From Bigelowiella natans CCMP2755 (taxonomy: Eukaryota; Protista; Cercozoa): 64,000 nucleotides of DNA. A program made the translations under genes and the position numbers. Numbering within the stretch: the stretch's first letter is position 1; every line of letters starts with the position of its first letter. This document shows positions 1-13,419 of this stretch, piece after piece. Below the pieces are notes generated by a model. The model was not told where the DNA came from. It did no database searches and was given only the letters and a program-made list of their open reading frames with translations. The stretch spans positions 115,526 through 179,525 of the forward strand of contig ADNK01002524.1 of assembly GCA_000320545.1 (NCBI GenBank), read 5' to 3'.

Positions 1-17
1 ATCTGTCCTTCTTCAGA

Positions 18-273
18 TTGCCATTTCGAACGATGGAAAATACCTGTACGACAACCACGCGCACAGCTTCACTACACATTATGGAACTATTATGCCAAGC
101 CGATGTTCCCTCGTATCTTAACTTTCTAAAAGCAGATGATGATAATGACGATAATGATGATGATGTGTTGATGATGGTGGCAATATCGATGATGTCTTCG
201 AGTTGCGATGTATACCGCACATCTGCCAGTTCACGAATAACTTTTCCTCTGGCAGATTTTGCACGTACATTTG

Positions 274-309
<36 letters not shown>

Positions 310-1330
310 ATTCACCGCAGGTATCTTACTGACGACGACATGGAAAAGCTGTACTACATCAGAAACCAACTGAAAGGATATTCAGCCAAGGATCTGCTCA
401 ATATATTTGATATGGCAGCTGATGCAGGGAGCCTTGACCATCGGGTGGATATGCTACTGAATCAAGCTGTTGTATTGTATGATGTATAGTTGCGGAAGAT
501 ATGCAAGCGAATGTACATGTTTGGAGGTTGGTGAGAGCAGCCTGCACACGCATTCTGAGAGATGCATTCTGAATAACAACATTGACTGGAAGTCAGGAAC
601 ACTTGATTGTTATTCACTCGTTGTGCTGCTGCTGCTGCTACTTCTTAGGGATTCATAAGCTGCCTGAGGTCACTCATTCCTGGTGAAGACCTTGATGAGG
701 ATGAAAAGTGAGTGGGAAGTAGCACCTTTCCTCGTAGCGCGGAGCACTGATCATTAATGCATATGAGGATGATGACAATGATGATGATGGTGGTGGTAGT
801 CACACACATGCCAAGTTCCCCAAATTTGGTTATTGCTCTTAGACGATAGCGTTAAGTTTACCATCGCGCTAGCTTGAGCGAATACAAAGCAAAAGTCGCG
901 TTGTCCATAGTCCTGACACGCCTTTTGCCTTCAACACCATCGTTATCGTTAATAGGCATCATCTGGAACAGCATCTGCAAGCACTCTTCTACGTCTTTGA
1001 CCGCGATCTTGTAATTGATACTCTCCCCGCCATCAGGGATTCACTATCATCCGCAGTAGCAATGTTACTTATCAAACTCATGTTTTGCACCATGATGGCT
1101 AAGGCCTCGTCTATATGCTTACACAGCTGATTGGTGATATGATGCGACGGGTGATTGTTGTGTTGTTGGGTGTACCTGTTCCAGGACGGACTGATATCTG
1201 TGCATGAGTTTCTTTGCGGTTTGTACGTATTCTGCGAGGAGCCACCAGCGAAGAAGCTCGCGGTGAGTGGCATTTACTTTTCCGCTTAACCCAACGCAAG
1301 AACATCACAGCACGTGATGTTCTAAATGGC

Positions 1331-1369
<39 letters not shown>

Positions 1370-4300
1370 CCCCCGTGCAACTTTCTCCTCTCCCCCTACC
1401 CCCCCCTGCTCTCTAGGTATTGTTCTCACTGGTTGATATGGACGAGGATGATATGATTGATGCTGACGAGCTTCGGTTGTTTTATCGTTCAATTCTTGCT
1501 GCTCTCGTCGGGCTCTCCTCCTGGGCGCACTCGGTAGTAAGTGCAAGGAAATAATAGCTTGATTGTCAATATGCACGAGAGCCTTTAGTTAGTGGCGTTT
1601 AGATGGGTGAAAGTTCGTCTCTCGAGTATCTTTCGAGATGAATGCGATATGCCAACGACGTATCTCGGAGAGTCCGTTTTGCTCACCTACTCTCTCCCCT
1701 GCTGACGCCGGTCAGGTCCCTGTCTCGCACCTTTCGCAGCTGCTCTGGAACGCCGCAGCGATAAAGACTGCAGAGTTCTTCGATTGCGCCGGAGCGGCAA
1801 TGGAAGAGGAGGACGCCGTTAGCTTCACCACGTTTTGCCAGATTCTTACCAAATTCCCCCAAACAGCTCCTTGGCTATCAATTCCTGACGATGAAGACCA
1901 GGCGGTGGGTTGCATGTTTCTCCCGTGCGTGCGATATGCATGGTGGCGCGTATGATGTTCAATCCATTGCTGAGTTCCTTCTCTGTCCCCATCCTCTCAT
2001 CTCACGTGCAGAACGACGATGAGGAGAGCAATACAGTGGTGATATCTCCAAGAAAAGCGGCGCGAATGCGCCAAAGCGAGAGACCGAGGGTATATGTATA
2101 TATTTGCACTTTTGCCGTTGATTCAGTTTGTCCTTACGTAATGAGAGTACCAGCCAATGGTAATTGAATTTATAGTTTATAAAGTGTAGAGGGGGTGGAG
2201 AGAGGGGAAAAGAGGGAGGGATGGTAATATGTTGCGTTTTGTAATCTTTATTCTTTGTTTTCTCCTTCATTTTCTTCGTCATCTCCCACCCCGCCCCGCC
2301 TCATTCTTGACCGTATCACCCATCAGATGCTGGCCTTGACAGCACAGGATGTAGCGGCAATCGAAGCTATAGCACAAAGCACCCAGTTCAGGTAGGAAAT
2401 CTAGACAAAATTATAAAGACCGTGAGGACGATATTGACTAGATAAAAACACGCCATGTATTTACTACCCTTTCTACAACGTCTCTCCTGCAATAACCTTT
2501 CGAATACAGACGGAGCAGCACCTTGCATCTTCCTCACCGTTTTTTGGTATTATTTTTGTTTTGGTTTATTTCCCTCCCCCCCGCATTCCGTTGATTCCCC
2601 CTTGTACAGGGATATGGATCTTAAGATGATGCTTCGAGCCTTCGCTACTGTCGCAAAAACGACCGAGGCAGGCACTGAGGTCAACAAGGCTGGATTTACC
2701 AAGATTTGTCGCGATCTTGTACCAGGACTCCGAAGCGGTACTAAGTAGCTCTGTTTTAGTAGTAATAGTAGTAGCAGTAGAAGCAGTAGTAGTGTGAGCA
2801 TAGATGTCGGTATAGTTGCGAGGGCATGTGGAGTTGGCGCGTGTGCGTGTGTTTGACGGATTCTCCGCTGTATATTTATACTTTGGTCTATTGAAGATGA
2901 CGAAGAGGGCTTGAGGTCTTTTGCAGAGCTGCTGTTTCTCCTATTAGATAGAAATCAGGTTGTCATGTGAGAATAGAGAGAAATCGTGTACTCCTCCTCC
3001 TCCTCCTTAGCACGATCAATCTTCCCCCGAGCACATTTATATGATTTTCACGATTCAATGCGAAGCTACCAGATGTATTTGCCGTTTTTTGTCCACGCCG
3101 AGAAGTAAACACCACGATTGTGTTATTCTTTACAGAATGGGCGAATCGACGTCACAGAGCTTACTGTTGGCCTTTCGATTTTCCTCAAAGGTCAGTCGGC
3201 ATTAGCAAAGCTCATCTATGTTTTAACGGGCTGCACTCACCACCACAGCATTCAGTCGATTGTGAGTAGTACATTAGTTTCGCGTCGGTATGGCAAAAGG
3301 AAGTTTCATTCACATGATGCCCTCATGGCTCTAATTAACAGGAAATGCGACGCAGAGGCTGCGGCTGGCGTTTGATTTGTGCGATTCGAATGCTGACGGC
3401 AACGTTGATTGGAGCGAAATGTGAGTGCGTGCGTGTGTGCGTGAGGATATGATGATGATGACGACGATGATGGTGGAGATGAAGAGGTTTTGAGATCGTG
3501 AGGTGCTGAGACGTCTGATAGCAAGACGGAGAGGAGCATCAGATATCCTTGCTTACTGCACTCGTATGGCGGTCGCGTGCTGCTTCTACAACACAGCATG
3601 ATCATACATCAAGGCCTAATTATAGCTGTTAGATACAGTGTGCTTCTTCGCTAATGCTGACTCATCCACCATCCTCGACAGGTATAAAGTGCAATCCTCT
3701 AGTCTTTCCGTATTGCTCGCATTTGCCGCGGAGTCACAGTCGCTCTCCAACGCCATTCCAAAGCTTCAAGCCCTCGTTAAGATAAGGGCGAAGGAAGCTA
3801 CTGACGCTGTTTTCGAGCTAGGAGACACGGTCAGAATCCACTTGGGCATATATCGTGTTTGTAGATGAGCGTGTGTGTTTATGTTTGTGTGTGCGTGCTT
3901 TGGTACGTGGCCCTTCAAAGAGCTTAGAGCCGCCATTCTTTGCTACTCAAGAATTGGGTCGGAGACTGATTGAAAATTGGTGTGTTATGATAGAACAACG
4001 ATGGGCTCCTGTCCTTCGATGAATTCGCAGCTCTCTACGCAAATCACCCGGTAGGTTTTTACCAAAGAAAGCATTGTGATGCGTGCTTGCAGGGATGGTG
4101 ACATCGTCAGTCGTGGGAATTGTTTGATATCTCGGTTGTGTGAGTGAGTGTGAGTGTGTGCGTGTGTGTGTGTGTATGTGTGAGTGTGTGTGGTGTACGA
4201 AGTCGGCATTAACGGCAGATCGTTTTGAAAGTGGATTTTGGTGTTTCGATGTTCATCCTTCTGCATCTCTTTCCTCTCACGATGATGAATGAGACGAATA

Positions 4301-4623
4301 ATTCCTATCTGCGTCACCTTTATAAAGGGTCTCTTACCATGGATGCACATCTACAACCACTCGGCATCATCTTCAAGCCCCTCTGAGCTCAAAGAGGCTG
4401 AAGATACCACAGCAAACAGCCCGAGGGTGTGAAACGAAGAAATTGGAGAATTATAATAACTTGATGTATACTTTTGGGGGAAAAAAAAACAGAGGAAGAG
4501 AATATAGATTGTTGTGTTTTCGTGGAGAAGAGGCGTATTCTGATGAAAGCTCTATGAAATGTATTTCAAAGGGGAAAGGGAACGTTTTGACTAACGTTTT
4601 GACTGCGAAATTACTTATTTCAC

Positions 4624-4663
<40 letters not shown>

Positions 4664-5310
4664 TATATATATATATATATGTATATGAGCAGGTTATGCT
4701 ACGAGATTCAGACGCCTTTGGGCCTCTGCCAAACAATGGAGAATCTTCCGATGAGGAGGAGGACGACGAAGAAAAGCGTAAAGGTAACACCAACGTCCTG
4801 ATGAGGCGCATATACTCACAACACTAGTGATGATGACTCCCCTCCTCGAGGAAGTAGGATTTGCTGTATTGCGTGCAATTTTTGTGTAGCGAATTTAACT
4901 CCTGAAACGAAGCAAATGCACTAGCATCTTGGGTTGTGAAAGTTGCCTTTTTGCGTGTCTTTATCCACCGAAAGCATCGGCCATCGGCACCTCTGTCGCA
5001 GCATCTCCCTTTTTTTGACTCAGCCGTCTTGTATTGCGCACTGTTTCCATTATCTTAGGATATATTACAATGCGGAAGTCCAATCGGTACAGAGCACCAG
5101 CTAACAATGACGAATCTGTGATGCATAAATACTACTATTATGCAGCACAGCTAACGATGACGAACATGAGTCGCATGAAGATCACGCGGCGCATACGAAT
5201 TATTCACGAAATTCCTGATTGCCTTTTAGTACCTCACGTGTACGAACGTGATATTCTCAAATTTTTCTGTTATCGATTCATTATGTTTATTCAAATTTTT
5301 GTCCCCAATC

Positions 5311-5352
<42 letters not shown>

Positions 5353-7051
5353 CTTCTACCTCTACCTCGTAGAGAGCAGCTTCGATTCATCAAAAAATCC
5401 AGCGGGCTGAGCAAACTATCACCAGAGACGATTTACGACGAGTTAAAGACAATAGCGACTGCAAAGGAAGGAGATTCCAACTATACTGTAACAAGAAAAG
5501 CCTTTCTAGACTGGATTGTTGGGAACTTCTCAGAGGGTTGTTGATCAATACATCTTAATAAATAGTATACTATAAAGTACGTGACAAATGAGGACGACGA
5601 GGAAAAACTGTGGGTAGGGAGAGAAGGGGGGGGGTTACTTTACGTCACTCGATGCGTCATATGGAAATCAAATGAGTTTGGTATAAACATGATATTAATG
5701 AGCCAAGATAAAAGCTAGCATCTGAGTAGAGTTTGGCCGTACATACTTTATCAGAAAAGCACAAGATCGATTGGGAAACCCCTCCCCGCGAGGTAATATG
5801 TGTCTCGACTTCATCGCTCTATAGTTTACTTGCCATTCCTGGAGGCCTTTTTTTTCCAACCTACCTTTTGAAAAACACGGGATTTGCTGTTTTTCGGCCC
5901 TAACAAGAAATTAAACTGTGCGGCCTTGGAGACGCGTCCATTTGGGGGTGCTTTGAATGCGCTCGGGGAATGAAAGAAGGCATCGCTTAAGGGCGCCACT
6001 CTAATATCTTTTGATCTTGTTTATGTTCGAAAGAAGCAAGGAGACGGTATGCGCACCGGAGACGGGGCTATGTCCCCCCGCAGCTCGGAGAGAGCAGTAA
6101 AGATGCACGTGTTAAGTTTCTTTGGCATGATCTTCGATTCTCTCGACTATGCGAGCTACCAGCGGGTTGGTCCTGATGTGTAGTAGTCCTCCGAGTGTTA
6201 GATAGAATGAAATGGTGAAATTATCCCTCGTGCTGCTATGAAGTAGTAGAAGTAGAAGTAGAAGTAGCAGTAGTAGTAGTATTAGGCCTGAAATCCATCT
6301 ATCGAAAGAGTAGCAAGATTTATTTTTATTGTGTACACGCGCCCATACAACTTGCCATCTCCTAGCGCATAATGCATGACGATGGCGGTTCTTCGTTAGC
6401 AGCGGTGGAGAGAATACCCATGTATTGTCGCTGGCATGATATCCTGACTGGAACACCATCTCAATAGAGCATCAAGCACCGTTGACTTCGTTTGATTTGT
6501 AGGTTCCAACGGCTGAGCTTGCTTTTATGCTCTGTGGGTTTTGCGGAGGTAGTAAAAGAGTGCGAGGCCAATGTTTTGTGTGTGTGTGTGTGTGTGTGGA
6601 AGAGAGAGAGAGAGAGTGAGAGAGAGCGAGAGTGAGAGAGACGGGGGGGGGGGGGGGGATTATATTATCGTCGGATGACACTGATACGTACATAAATGTG
6701 CATATGATGTTCTTACATAATTGCGAGCAAGTTCCGTGGCACTATTAAGAATGGGACTTCTTAAAGTCGATCTTCAATTATTTGCAGCTTCCTGATCTTT
6801 GTTTACAAATATGCGTAGGAAACCTGACAAGCAAGCTGAAAGTCGCATTTCACATGTTTGATGAGGACAGGTGGTTATAGTAGCCGTGACTCCAAAATAA
6901 GTGCAGTATTTGCTGTAAAAGAAAAGCATTTCCAAAAATTTAGATTTGCTGATTTTTTGCCGCATTTATATGGCGGTTGCAAAGCTAGTTGTTGTTTTGC
7001 AGACCGATAACCACTGAGTGATCACAATTTTGTATTATTCAAATTTTAAGA

Positions 7052-7091
<40 letters not shown>

Positions 7092-7124
7092 TGCATGCTT
7101 ACACAAAAGACGTATATATAACGA

Positions 7125-7165
<41 letters not shown>

Positions 7166-7919
7166 TATAATATGAGATTATGTATTTCTGGTTTCAAATC
7201 TAAAAGCATATTGGTTGAAATTGCTACTATTGCCCCTGCGGGACATATCTATGATAGAGATGAACGAATATCGAAGATGGAGATGTTCTTCTTCCTGCGC
7301 ACACTGATCGCCTTTGTCCTCACCTCCACGGCGCGAAGCAAGGATCATATGGTGAAGCTAGAGGAAACATGTAATACACTCGACACGATCTAACACGTTA
7401 GCACAACAGCAGCATCAGCAGCATCAGCAGCAGCAGCAGCCGAAGGAGCAAAAGCAAAATGGCAAATCTCTACTTCTAGAACGCGCCAACAACGATATGA
7501 ATTCATCCTTTCTATCTTTTCACCAGGCAATAAATTAGCGCAAGAGGCAACGGTGCGGATCTTTGACGTCGCGGACTCGAATAACGATGGCTCTCTAAAC
7601 TTTGACGAGTTCTACGAGCTTTGCTTGAAGTGAGATGGGGGAGGGCATACAAGGGAAAAACAAGGAATTACCAGAAGCTTTGTATTGATGTCTTCGATGT
7701 TGGGCTCTCTTTCTTCTCCCTCTTTCTCTTTAGATTTCCTTTATTTGTCTCATGTTCTTATTCCCGCAAACACCCACACATACAAGCTCGCGCATGTAGA
7801 TAGAGAGAAGTCTCATGAGAGGAGGTGAGGGGGAATCGTGAAAACTGAGAGAATTTTGCTTGTTTTCTTGCTTACAGACATCCAGAATTATGCCCCTGGA
7901 TCCAGGTTAGAAAAGCGTG

Positions 7920-7959
<40 letters not shown>

Positions 7960-8701
7960 TAGATATATTTATACATACATGAATGCATTAGTTTGTATCA
8001 TTTCGGCAATTTGCCGAAGGTGAGCGAATGGCGTCAGCTCGTAGCGAGCTGCCTGCAATCGTGCACACCAGAAAGAGAGGCAGATCATGCACACACGGGG
8101 ACCAATCTAGTCCGTTGTGGCGCGAGGAGATCTGATATAGTCCAGAAAATTAGGAGCCTTTGTAGATGTAAATATGTTTTGCATGGAATGAATCTTGCTG
8201 CAAGCTTTGCTCTGTCGTGGCATCATTCAATTGCCGCTGTGGATTCATTAAGGTGTTCCAAGTCTTCGATGAGGATGATGACGACGATGAAGATGAGGAG
8301 GAGGAGGGAGAGGGAGGCGATAACCTTCAAGGCAATGACGCGGAGAGGCTCGGAGCGGCCAGCAGCAGCAACGTCGATGGGGTTGAAGACGATGGTGAGA
8401 TGAAGGAGGGCACGAGCTTTGATCCAATGTCCACGTACTCGCCACGTCATGTTGTAGCCAATCTCAAACGCGCGAAAAGCCTCTTCAGCCTCATACCGAC
8501 GAGACATCTCCTGCACATATGCAAGTCAAACAGAGGGGCTTGGAGGTAGGAAGAGAGAAAGAGAGGGGGGGGGGAGGAGGGGGAGAGCGGATTTACACTT
8601 CAAACGTTTGCTTTCTCGCACGAACTGGGGGGGGTATAGAGGTGTTCTGAAACTGGTTTTCTTTTGTTCGGTATAGTGATGATGTGTTTGTGAATACGAT
8701 A

Positions 8702-8735
<34 letters not shown>

Positions 8736-9552
8736 ATGATATACTACGTTTAATGCATGCTTGGATGAGCACTTGAGCCAACACTTTCTCCTAAAATCCT
8801 GCGAACATCCTTCGGTGTTGCTGTTATGCCTAGATTGCATCAATTCCAAGAGCTGTTCACAACGTTGATTCAATCGTCGCTAAAGCAAGTTGTGCTTTCG
8901 AAGGAGGAGAGGAACGGTAGATCTGTTAGCACGATAGTATAATATTGATGCTTGTTTTGTTTGGAAGGGGTAATGCCACTTCATTTTTTCTCTGAAACGA
9001 ATAGAACAACGATATATAGTTATTTGAGTATTGTCGGTCGTTATACTGCGCGAATCGTGGAGATTTGGTTCTTCCTCTTCTGTGCTCTCCCTACTGTTTA
9101 TTCTTCATCTACGCAATGATGATGCGCATTGATGTCCCTGAACGATATACTTCGCAAAGGGCTCGCACACGACTTGGAAATGCTGTTCCACATCTTCGAT
9201 GCGGACGGAAACGAGGAAGTTGATACGTGGGAGTTTGTTTCTGGTACTTGTGAGAGAGGGAGGGAGAGAGAGAGAGGATAGAGATATGTGATCGCACATG
9301 ATGTTTTGCTTTCAAATTCGGAGCACTCAAATTTGCAGCCGTTGTCTCTCCTCATTGTGTTTAGCCTACGCTCCAATCAATTTAAAAAGCTGCGTGATAG
9401 ATGTACCCGTCACGTGTACTAATTGTCCTCAACTCCTTTGCGATTAGGCATCTTCCTCCTATTGGACGGCACTGCACGCCAAAAGCTTGATTTTGCCTTT
9501 GGGTTGTTCGACAAGGAAGGCTCGGGGGTAGCACCGGACATCACACACACAT

Positions 9553-9590
<38 letters not shown>

Positions 9591-9761
9591 ACACCTTATT
9601 TTCTGTTTCGGGTTCTCGAATATGGTCCTGCTACACATACATATCATGTACTACTACCCACATGCAGCGTAATACAAAAATCGCAACTGCATTGTGTTAA
9701 AGATACACTGTACATACACACACACACACACACACCTAGACATGCACACACAAACGCATAT

Positions 9762-9793
<32 letters not shown>

Positions 9794-10235
9794 GTACATA
9801 TTTAATTTAATGTGCTATAATATGATCGTTTTCCTTAGTTAATTTCCCGAGTCGAGTTGTTCACTCTATTTATCGCATTTGTCCGGGTCTTGCTGCTGTA
9901 TTCTCTGAGTGAGAAGATTTCATCAAAACCGACCCCGGCGGTGAAAAGCCGCATTGAAGAAATCGCTTACCTCCAAGCTCGAAAGGCTGTTGATGCAATT
10001 TTTGACAAAATCGGAAAATCCGACGAAGAGGCTCTGCCTCACAGTGACGTCATGTAATATTTGAACAATTAGTTCGTTGCGCCTAAGTTAGAGAGTAAAC
10101 GATCGATTGCGCATTGGTATATAATTATGTGTTTTTTTTGGTTTTCACGTTTAAAGGACTGTCGCTATGGATTGTGCTCCGTGGCTCGGAATGCTGGACC
10201 TCTTCTCGGATGCAGAAATGGTCGAATCTGTTTGA
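18..10235 (+). CDS. Large multi-exon EF-hand (calcineurin-B/recoverin-like modules) Ca2+-binding protein; 5' end probably outside the window
   Basis: Exons between GT-AG microsatellite introns encode EF-hand loops and modules: NGRIDVTELTVGLSIFLK (~3136-3190), LRLAFDLCDSNADGNVDWSEM (~3350-3420), RIFDVADSNNDGSLNFDEFYE (~7555-7620), MLFHIFDADGNEEVDTWEFVS (~9180-9243), QKLDFAFGLFDKEGSG (~9480-9525). The last exon reads TVAMDCAPWLGMLDLFSDAEMVESV* with TGA at 10233-10235. The exon chain is not fully resolved. Confidence 0.75.
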
Positions 10236-10239
10236 ATAG

Positions 10240-11530
10240 GGGAGCAGCAACTTAGCATGTGAAGCGGCGGTCCGCAGTGAGTATGCATTTCATGTGCATG
10301 GACACATGATGACAATTTGTAGACATTTTTCCGATGCACGGCACGGCCGTTGATCCTGGCACTGTACGCACATCCGTGCGATGTTTTAAAATTCAAAATC
10401 ATGTTGCCAAATAAATTCCAATTTGCGTGTCGTGCATAAAAAGCTAAGAAATCCATCATGACTGGGCTGGTTCTGTATTATGCCCGTGTGCTTGTTTGCA
10501 ATCACTGTAGCTTTTTCGAAGAAGATAACGCCGTTTAGGCAACGCGTGTGCAATTGTTGCACATGCATAGTTTTGATGCGCAAACTCCTAGAATGTCTAG
10601 ATCTAGAGTTGCAAACGACAAACGGGATGCATCTCATCATCTCCAAAATGCGTGAGCAGTTTGATTCTAGAGATCGCACAAGTTCTGTTTTTAACGATCT
10701 CTGATGTTGCAAATGTCTTCATTTCATTTTGGCAGCTTTACTAGCTAGCTAGCTAGTTGACCGACATGCAATGCAATGCACATGTAGCATCACTGTTTCC
10801 ATTGTCTAGATGTGCATGACTAGCTAGCTAGCTAGATGGGTCTGCATGATGACATGCAAAGCAAACGTTTTGTGCATGTGATGGGCCTAGCTAGATGGGC
10901 CCCTACCTAGCTAGCTAGGACTCTAGCAAGCTAGCTAGTTTGGCGCGAACGATTGCACGTTCAATTTTTTTGACTTGGTGCATGCTGGCATGCTAGCGTG
11001 CTACAGCTAATTAGCTAAGTGTTCAAGCACAGCTAGACAGTTAGAGAGGTGTGCATGCCGGGCTAGCGGGTGGATTTCGAGCGAGATGTGAAGGTTCGGT
11101 AGATCTAGAGGTGTCCACTAGCTAGCTCATTGTTCTAGCTATTCCTAGATTCTAGATGCGCATGACGAAGCTTGCATTGTGCATCGAGCTAGATGGGTCT
11201 CAGATCTGAATACTAGAGCAACCTAGCTAGCTAGCAAGGCAGAAGACACAGCCGCAAATTTGAGATCGATGCACTGCTACTAGCGCACTAGCTAGCTAGC
11301 ACAATTATTAGAATAGCTAGATCATGTAGCATTTTTCGACATCACAATTTAAAAACTCGTACCGCCGCTGAGATGAATTCGATCGCATTTTCATGAGTAC
11401 GCAGCATGGGTATGTCCACATCTAGACATGCATCTCTAGATTTGGCAGGCAGGCTTACGGAGCATGCAAGGTTAGCAGGGCTGGGGTACTACTATGATTG
11501 CATGTGGGAGCACATTGCATCCGGTATGTA
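10240..11530. other. TpA-depleted island A (intergenic; rich in CTAG, CATG and TGCA)
   Basis: Most surviving TA lies in CTAG/CTA/TAG contexts, there are runs such as ctagctagctagctag (~10741, ~10800), and there are no (TA)n microsatellites. Boundaries are approximate. Confidence 0.75.
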
Positions 11531-11703
11531 TGATCACTTTTGACTATAAAGTTTCTGGTTCTATGTAATAAATATAGTTAATTAAATGCATCTCACTGCA
11601 ATCAAAGCAAAAGGAACAAATCGTTACTGCACTTCTCGCAGACGATTTGTCATTCCAGGCCTACTCAATTTGGGTCTAATAAAGTTGTAGACTTTTGCTT
11701 AAG

Positions 11704-13345
11704 CTACTGCTGCGCTTGCTTCTCGGCCTCGTTGATCATATGCAAAACCTTTTCTGAGAACTTGAATTTAGCACCACCGTTAAAGTGGGAGAGGCACACT
11801 TTTTGCTCCAACCTATCAATGATGTGAGACTATTTTGGTTGATGCCCTCAAAATGAAAGCTTATAAATATATAAATTGGTGTCTACGACTAAAATATACA
11901 TAATGTACCACTTGTTGTAGAGGGCGCCATTGCGAATTGTGAACATATCTAAAACCTTCATGACGGCCACACACTGGAATATCCCTCCGTAGTAGTCAAT
12001 AGTAACCTTTGAAGACAGAATTCCGAAGCCAAAAAATATTTATTTTGTTGTGTGCTAAAAGAAATATAATAAATATTCTTAGGATTTTAATTAGCGAGTC
12101 TTCGCTGTATTAAACTGTCGTGATAGTCGTGATATGCGATTTGATTGAAAAGAGTAAAGTAGCCATACAATATCTCGATGATTGAGAAAGTATTCCCAAT
12201 AAAAATGCTGATCTCCTGGAGGCCGAAAATGGGTTCTTTTGTATTCGTTCAATGGTTCCCCTGAGTTCAAGAATGCTTCCATTTGCGCTGAAGCCTTTTT
12301 AGTAGATTAGTATCAATACCATCATTATTATATTTGCTGTTACTATTCAATTTGATTCCTAATTTAAAAATGATATTTTGAAAATAAACTTTTGACAGGA
12401 ACCTCTTCAACCATTTCTTTGAGCATCTTCGTTGGACCTGTCACAAAGTCAGTGCTTAAATTTTGAAGTTAGTTCGGAGGGAAATGGCATGTAAATCTCA
12501 GTAATAGTCTGCCTTCCCCACCCCTTTAGATTAATATTGTACCTATAAATCCGCCTGAATTCAAGTACACAAGACCCGCTTCATTGTATCCAGGTCGTAC
12601 ATATTCACGAAACGAACCGTCGACCAACTAAAACTTTCAATGTAATTTGTATGATCAAGTATTTCCGTATCAATGTGAACACCTGAGGCTTATAGTCAGA
12701 CGCCCATTTGGGAACGTACCTTTGTTCGGAATAAAATAAAAAATTATGAGCTTTGATTCTCTGAAGTTCTTTCCACAAAATACATACGGAATGTCGTCGA
12801 CACGATCAGTCTCGAAGCGATTGACCTCAGCTCCGAATATGATCTTCGCCCCAGTCTTTTTCTTAATCAGATCGTATTCTTTCAGAATCTGTCCACAGTG
12901 TTTCGTTAGTTTCGTAACAATTAATCACACAATATGTTGTCATCTTACGTGACTCGGCTGACAAGTCGGTGCATAGATCACATCCGAATCCACAAAAGCT
13001 ACAATGTCATTCGGATTCTTCTCTGCCAGTGCGTTTAGATACTCTAAAAGCAGTAATACCTGTATATGATTTCGAGGATAATATTTGAAACTTGCTATTC
13101 ATCATTAATCATCGGAACCACTCTTTGTCATTAGACACACTTATGCTTCTATGGATGATCACCTTGGTTTTGAAACCTTCCCATTTTCGTCCATACCCGA
13201 CTTGTTCAAGTCGATCTTTTTTTACACTTTTCCCCAAGAGCGTCGCACTTACGTTGCGAGTTTCTGCAGCAACTATATGCAGGGCTCTTTCCGATGTTTC
13301 GGGAAAAGTCATGCTACTGAGGCTCATGAATTCCCCAATTCCCTA
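11704..13345 (-). CDS. PLOD/procollagen lysyl-hydroxylase-type glycosyltransferase domain protein; 5' exons may extend into island B
   Basis: Spliced exons give HIVAAETRN...QVGYGRKWEGFKTK / VLLLLEYLNALAEKNPNDIVAFVDSDVIY / KIIFGAEVNRF / YLNSGGFIG / DQHFYWEYFLNHRDIV / IDYYGGIFQC / SHFNGGAKFKF...QAQQ* (TAG 11704-11706). This matches the DSxDV, FxAE, LNSGGFIG and DDQxFY motif order of the PLOD glycosyltransferase domain. Introns are short. Confidence 0.75.
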
Positions 13346-13419
13346 ACATCATTGGTACAGATTGACTCATGTAACTTTTCTTTCTACTCAAAAGTACAAT
13401 AGACAAAGCAATACATAAG

